Assembly (NCBI RefSeq): GCF_014280175.1
Contig: NZ_CP047931.1
Location: forward strand, 1,290,001-1,322,000
Direction: 5' to 3'
Source of the DNA: Synechococcus sp. A15-28
GTDB taxonomy: Bacteria > Cyanobacteriota > Cyanobacteriia > PCC-6307 > Cyanobiaceae
Length of the DNA: 32,000 nt
Shown here: positions 27,871 through 32,000 of the stretch, in pieces
Layout: the number at the start of each line of letters is the position of its first letter
Numbering within the stretch: the stretch's first letter is position 1
Program-made: the position numbers and the translations under genes
Notes under the pieces: model-generated
What the model was told of the DNA's origin: nothing
Seen by the model: the letters and a program-made list of their open reading frames with translations, nothing else
The model's database searches: none

Positions 27871-27915
27871 CCACGGATGTGATCGATAGCTTGGAACAAC
27901 CAACCAAGCTTCAAG

Positions 27916-28269
27916 GTGAGATTCGCCGGTCTGTTACTGCTGTTGCTTGCCTTGATCGGGCCGGTGCTGCTTCCCACTCCAGCTCAGGCGCTCGATAGCG
28001 CCTCCTTCGAGCAGGGGGAGCAGATCTTCAGCAGCAACTGTGCGGCCTGCCACATGGGTGGTGGCAATGTGATCCGGGCCAATCGCAGCCTGAAGATCCG
28101 TGATCTCAATGCCCATCTCGAGGAGTATCAGCAGGATCCTCTCGAGGCGATTGAGCACCAGATCGAAGCTGGTAAGAACGCCATGCCGTCCTACGAGGGC
28201 AAACTCAGCGAAGCCGAAATCATCGCCGTGGCCACCTACGTGGAACAGCAGGCCGAACTGGGCTGGTGA
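27916..28269 (+). CDS. petJ: Cytochrome c6-like (c553) precursor
   Basis: GTG start, 117 aa, signal peptide, heme motif CAACH, axial Met region GKNAMPSYEGKLSEAEIIAVATYVEQQAELGW. Confidence 0.85.
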   Translation: MRFAGLLLLLLALIGPVLLPTPAQALDSASFEQGEQIFSSNCAACHMGGGNVIRANRSLKIRDLNAHLEEYQQDPLEAIEHQIEAGKNAMPSYEGKLSEAEIIAVATYVEQQAELGW

Positions 28270-28273
28270 AGTG

Positions 28274-28501
28274 ATGAGCCGCGAAGCTCTCGGGGATTTT
28301 CTGCGGGCGATCGAGCGTCATCGGCCGCTGCGACGCGAGGCATCAGCCTGTCGCAACGAAGCTGAATTGATGGCTCTGGCCCACAGCCTCGGCTTTTCCA
28401 TCACCGAACAAGATCTGTCCCAGGATCATCAGGACACCAGCATGGGCCACTGGTTCGCAACCAGCCGGATCCGTCGCTCATTTCATTCACCATCTCCCTG
28501 A
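28274..28501 (+). CDS. Nif11-like (nitrogen-fixation 11 / leader-type) domain small protein
   Basis: 75 aa: MSREALGDFLRAIERHRPLRREASACRNEAELMALAHSLGFSITEQDLSQ fits the Nif11 pattern (S-x-E-A-L-x-x-F-L ... LA...GF.I...DL). Confidence 0.65.
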   Translation: MSREALGDFLRAIERHRPLRREASACRNEAELMALAHSLGFSITEQDLSQDHQDTSMGHWFATSRIRRSFHSPSP

Positions 28502-28899
28502 TGGCCGTTGTCATCCTGCTCAGTGATTTCTTGGACGGCACGAGCATGGCTCTTGCCGAAGAAACCGATGCGCCTGACCTGAATGCATTCATGACGGCCA
28601 ATCAGGGCCAGCTGTGGGCCAGTGTTCTGCACCGACGCCAGCAGAAACAGCTCACGGCGGTGAGGCGAGGGCCTGGAACCATCTATTTCGCAAGGGATAC
28701 AGCTGCAGCCGCAGCGGTGGAGGCTTATCTCAGCTGCGACACGGGGTCAGCGGCAGAGCAGGCGGCCCATACCGCCATGCGGAATGCCGGCGTTGAAATC
28801 GCTCCCCATGTTGGGACCGACGACGAGCGCCAGACGTTGCTTGATGGCCAGCTGCGGGGATTGACACCTCAGGCAAGGGCGCAGGGGTTTGGCGAATGA
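28501..28899 (+). CDS. Hypothetical protein
   Basis: 132 aa, ATG overlaps the upstream TGA by 1 nt. No family recognised. Confidence 0.55.
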   Translation: MAVVILLSDFLDGTSMALAEETDAPDLNAFMTANQGQLWASVLHRRQQKQLTAVRRGPGTIYFARDTAAAAAVEAYLSCDTGSAAEQAAHTAMRNAGVEIAPHVGTDDERQTLLDGQLRGLTPQARAQGFGE

Positions 28900-29171
28900 G
28901 CATTGCCGAGAACTCCCTGGGCCTCAGCACTGTTGCTGACTTGATCGACTGGACGACGTCCTACCTCCACTTCAAACATGTGCTGGAGCAGGTCCCCCTT
29001 CAACCAGAGGAAGCTCAGAACTATCTGGAGGCCTTCACCCCTTTTCGGGAACGATTCGCAAAGGAGATGAACAAACAGGCCATCCTCGAGGCTCGATTGC
29101 CGAAGGAAATGCGCGACAAGATTGCGGCAGACAAGCCAAATCTGGTGCGGATCCGCGAGCTACTGGGCTGA
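28896..29171 (+). CDS. Hypothetical protein
   Basis: 91 aa, start overlaps the upstream stop by 4 nt; compositionally protein-like, helix-rich. No family recognised. Confidence 0.6.
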   Translation: MSIAENSLGLSTVADLIDWTTSYLHFKHVLEQVPLQPEEAQNYLEAFTPFRERFAKEMNKQAILEARLPKEMRDKIAADKPNLVRIRELLG

Positions 29172-29360
29172 TCGCGCGGCCGACAGCACGGCCAGGTAGA
29201 GGTCTTCGTCGATCTCGCGGATGTCGTATTCGCTGGGCTTCATGCCGTGATGGTGTTCATGCACCACCATCCAGCAGCTGCGCTCCAGCTCTCCACCAGC
29301 GCTGGCCGACAGCTCCAGGCCTTTCTCCACCAGGGTTTGCACGAGCTGCGGATCAGACAT
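29160..29360 (-). CDS. Hypothetical small protein (66 aa)
   Basis: MSDPQLVQTLVEKGLELSASAGGELERSCWMVVHEHHHGMKPSEYDIREIDEDLYLAVLSAARSAQ. Protein-like composition, occupies an otherwise empty gap, overlaps the convergent ORF by 12 nt. Confidence 0.5.
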   Translation of the reverse strand: MSDPQLVQTLVEKGLELSASAGGELERSCWMVVHEHHHGMKPSEYDIREIDEDLYLAVLSAARSAQ

Positions 29361-29504
29361 ACCGGATCAAAGATTCGGCGGACTCTAAAAAGCCGATCCG
29401 GTTTGCCGCCCCATGGCGCGTGCTCCCAACCGAAGGATTCGGGTTCCCCCCTCCGGCCTTGGAGCCATCGCCATACGGTGACTTCAGTTTGAACCGCATC
29501 ACCG

Positions 29505-32000
29505 ATGCAACCCACGGCGGAACAGTTCACCGAACAGGCCTGGGCCGCCATCGTCGTGGCTCAGCAACTCGCCCAAGCCTCCAGGCATCAGCAGCTGGAA
29601 ACGGAGCATCTGCTGCTGGCGCTGCTTCGCCAGAACGGCCTGGCCGGGCGAATCCTCAACAGATCTGGGGTCGACACCACCAACTTCGAGGCCAGTGTTG
29701 ACGGCCATCTTCAACGACTGCCCAGCCTTGGATCCGCACCGGAATCGGTGTTTCTCGGCCGATCCCTGAACAAGGCCCTCGACCAGGCCGAACAGCAGCG
29801 GGATCGATTCGGCGACAGCTACATCGCCATTGAGCATCTGCTGCTGGCCCTGGCGGAGGATGATCGCTGCGGCCGGCAACTGTTCAGTCAGGCCGGGGTG
29901 ACCACCAAAACGCTCAACGAGGCCATCACAGCGGTGCGCGGCAACCAGACGGTGACAGACCAGAACCCAGAGGGCACCTACGAATCCCTCGAGAAATATG
30001 GCCGTGATCTCACCGCAGCAGCCCGTGACGGTCAGTTGGACCCGGTGATCGGTCGGGATGAAGAAATCCGCCGCACCATCCAGATTCTCAGCCGCCGCAC
30101 CAAGAACAACCCCGTTCTGATCGGAGAACCCGGTGTCGGCAAAACTGCGATCGTGGAAGGGCTGGCGCAGCGCATCGTCAACGGCGACGTTCCCCAGGCT
30201 CTGCAGAACCGACAGCTGATTGCCCTGGATATGGGCGCACTGATCGCCGGGGCCAAATACCGCGGTGAATTCGAGGAACGACTCAAAGCGGTGCTGAAGG
30301 AGGTCACCTCCTCCGATGGACAGATTGTGCTGTTCATCGATGAGATCCACACCGTGGTGGGTGCTGGCGCCAGCGGTGGCGCCATGGATGCCAGCAATCT
30401 GCTCAAACCGATGCTGGCCCGGGGTGAACTGCGCTGCATCGGCGCCACCACCCTCGATGAACACCGGCAGCACATCGAAAAAGACCCTGCCCTGGAGCGC
30501 CGCTTCCAGCAGGTGCTGGTGGATCAGCCCACGGTGGTGGACACGATTTCAATCCTGCGGGGCCTGAAGGAGCGCTATGAGGTGCACCACGGCGTGCGCA
30601 TCGCTGACAGTGCCCTAGTGGCCGCCGCCATGCTCAGCAGCCGCTACATCACCGATCGCTTCCTGCCGGATAAGGCCATCGATCTGGTGGATGAATCTGC
30701 CGCGCGGCTGAAAATGGAGATCACCTCCAAACCGGAACAGATCGACGAGATCGATCGCAAGATTCTGCAGCTGGAGATGGAAAAGCTTTCCCTTGGCCGC
30801 GAGTCCGACAGTGCCAGCCAGGAGCGGTTGCAACGGATCGAACGGGAGCTGGCGGAGCTCGGGGAGCAGCAGAGCAGCCTCAATGCCCAGTGGCAGCAGG
30901 AGAAAGGAGCCATCGATGAGCTGTCATCTCTGAAAGAGGAGATCGAACGGGTGCAACTCCAGGTGGAGCAGGCCAAACGCAACTACGACCTCAACAAGGC
31001 GGCTGAACTCGAATACGGCACCCTGGCCACGCTGCAGCGGCAACTGCAGGACAAGGAAAGCCAGTTGGAACACGAGGACGGGACAGACAAAACCCTGTTG
31101 CGGGAGGAGGTCACCGAGGACGACATCGCCGAGGTGATCGCCAAGTGGACCGGCATCCCCGTGGCCCGTCTTGTGCAGAGCGAGATGGAGAAACTGCTGC
31201 AGCTGGAGGACGACCTGCACCGACGGGTGATCGGCCAGAACCAGGCGGTCACCGCTGTGGCCGATGCCATCCAGCGCTCTCGGGCTGGCCTCAGTGATCC
31301 CAATCGACCAATCGCCAGCTTTCTGTTCCTTGGCCCGACGGGTGTGGGCAAGACCGAACTGTCCAAAGCGCTGGCCAGTCGCCTCTTCGACAGCGACGAC
31401 GCCATGGTGCGCATCGACATGTCGGAATACATGGAGAAACACACCGTCAGCCGACTGATCGGAGCCCCTCCGGGCTACGTGGGTTATGAGGCCGGCGGCC
31501 AGCTCACCGAAGCCGTGCGTCGACGGCCCTACGCCGTGATTCTGTTCGACGAGGTGGAAAAAGCCCACCCCGATGTGTTCAACGTGATGCTCCAGATCCT
31601 CGATGACGGCCGCGTCACCGACGGCCAGGGACGCACCGTGGATTTCACGAATACGGTGCTAATTCTTACCAGCAACATTGGCAGCCAGTCGATCCTGGAG
31701 CTCGCCGGTGATCCCGATCGGCATGGGGAGATGGAGCAACGCGTCAATGAAGCGCTCAAGGCCAAATTCCGTCCGGAATTTCTCAACAGACTCGACGATC
31801 AGATCATCTTCCGCAGCCTTGAGAAAGAGGAATTGCGCCGAATCGTGTCACTCCAGGTGGAGCGTCTGAGCGGGCGACTGGAACAACGCAAGTTGGAGCT
31901 TCGACTCAGCGAGGCCGCTGCCGACTGGCTGGCCACCATCGGTTTTGATCCTGTGTATGGAGCAAGACCCTTGAAGCGAGCCATCCAGCGTGAACTGGAA
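29505..32000 (+). CDS. clpB: ATP-dependent chaperone ClpB (Hsp100), truncated by window end
   Basis: Open frame of 832 codons with no stop before the window end, absent from the ORF track. [41 protein letters not shown], Walker A GEPGVGKT and [48 protein letters not shown], ending ...[15 protein letters not shown]. Confidence 0.97.
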   Translation, partial: MQPTAEQFTEQAWAAIVVAQQLAQASRHQQLETEHLLLALLRQNGLAGRILNRSGVDTTNFEASVDGHLQRLPSLGSAPESVFLGRSLNKALDQAEQQRDRFGDSYIAIEHLLLALAEDDRCGRQLFSQAGVTTKTLNEAITAVRGNQTVTDQNPEGTYESLEKYGRDLTAAARDGQLDPVIGRDEEIRRTIQILSRRTKNNPVLIGEPGVGKTAIVEGLAQRIVNGDVPQALQNRQLIALDMGALIAGAKYRGEFEERLKAVLKEVTSSDGQIVLFIDEIHTVVGAGASGGAMDASNLLKPMLARGELRCIGATTLDEHRQHIEKDPALERRFQQVLVDQPTVVDTISILRGLKERYEVHHGVRIADSALVAAAMLSSRYITDRFLPDKAIDLVDESAARLKMEITSKPEQIDEIDRKILQLEMEKLSLGRESDSASQERLQRIERELAELGEQQSSLNAQWQQEKGAIDELSSLKEEIERVQLQVEQAKRNYDLNKAAELEYGTLATLQRQLQDKESQLEHEDGTDKTLLREEVTEDDIAEVIAKWTGIPVARLVQSEMEKLLQLEDDLHRRVIGQNQAVTAVADAIQRSRAGLSDPNRPIASFLFLGPTGVGKTELSKALASRLFDSDDAMVRIDMSEYMEKHTVSRLIGAPPGYVGYEAGGQLTEAVRRRPYAVILFDEVEKAHPDVFNVMLQILDDGRVTDGQGRTVDFTNTVLILTSNIGSQSILELAGDPDRHGEMEQRVNEALKAKFRPEFLNRLDDQIIFRSLEKEELRRIVSLQVERLSGRLEQRKLELRLSEAAADWLATIGFDPVYGARPLKRAIQRELE

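Noticed and set aside
28274-28501. Lanthipeptide (prochlorosin-like) biosynthetic cluster
   Set aside because: Only a Nif11-like ORF is visible. There is no double-Gly cleavage site, no Cys/Ser/Thr-rich core with Cys, and no LanM or transporter in the window.
29499-30473. 324 aa minus-strand ORF
   Set aside because: Antisense to the clpB N-terminal half, which carries unmistakable Clp-N and Walker A motifs.
1-32000. CRISPR arrays, tRNAs, rRNAs, IS elements and toxin-antitoxin or defence systems
   Set aside because: Reading the intergenic gaps and ORF list by eye showed no spaced direct repeats, cloverleaf-like sequence with a CCA-adjacent stem, transposase motifs or defence domains. A tRNAscan-SE, CRISPR finder or DefenseFinder run would be needed to exclude them formally.

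Overview
This 32 kb window looks like ordinary, densely packed core genome of a marine-type (alpha) cyanobacterium, in the Synechococcus/Cyanobium group. That placement is inferred from gene content and protein style. Recognisable genes in order: the 3' end of a cation-efflux transporter gene, trpS, a lambda-endolysin-like lysozyme, a DUF2605 gene, thrS, a DUF1824 gene, glk, thrB, ndhD and an M3 oligopeptidase. A minus-strand cluster follows (tamB-like, ROK kinase, proA, folB, alpha/beta hydrolase). The rest is a ycf51-like gene, a DUF4332 gene, a CocE/NonD hydrolase, a DUF3887-like gene, glgB, hemE, an NAD-epimerase, petE, petJ-like, a Nif11-like small ORF and clpB (truncated by the window end). 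I found no tRNA, rRNA, CRISPR array, transposase or integrase, and no convincing new defence or biosynthetic system. The most interesting items are a cellular lysozyme resembling phage lambda endolysin, an RGG-rich low-complexity protein, a Nif11-like/small-ORF cluster between petJ and clpB, a ROK kinase lacking the canonical zinc cysteines, and several hairpins and inverted repeats between genes. The supplied ORF track appears to mislabel the strand of two real genes (11717..12304 and 12669..13976, both actually minus) and omits clpB.
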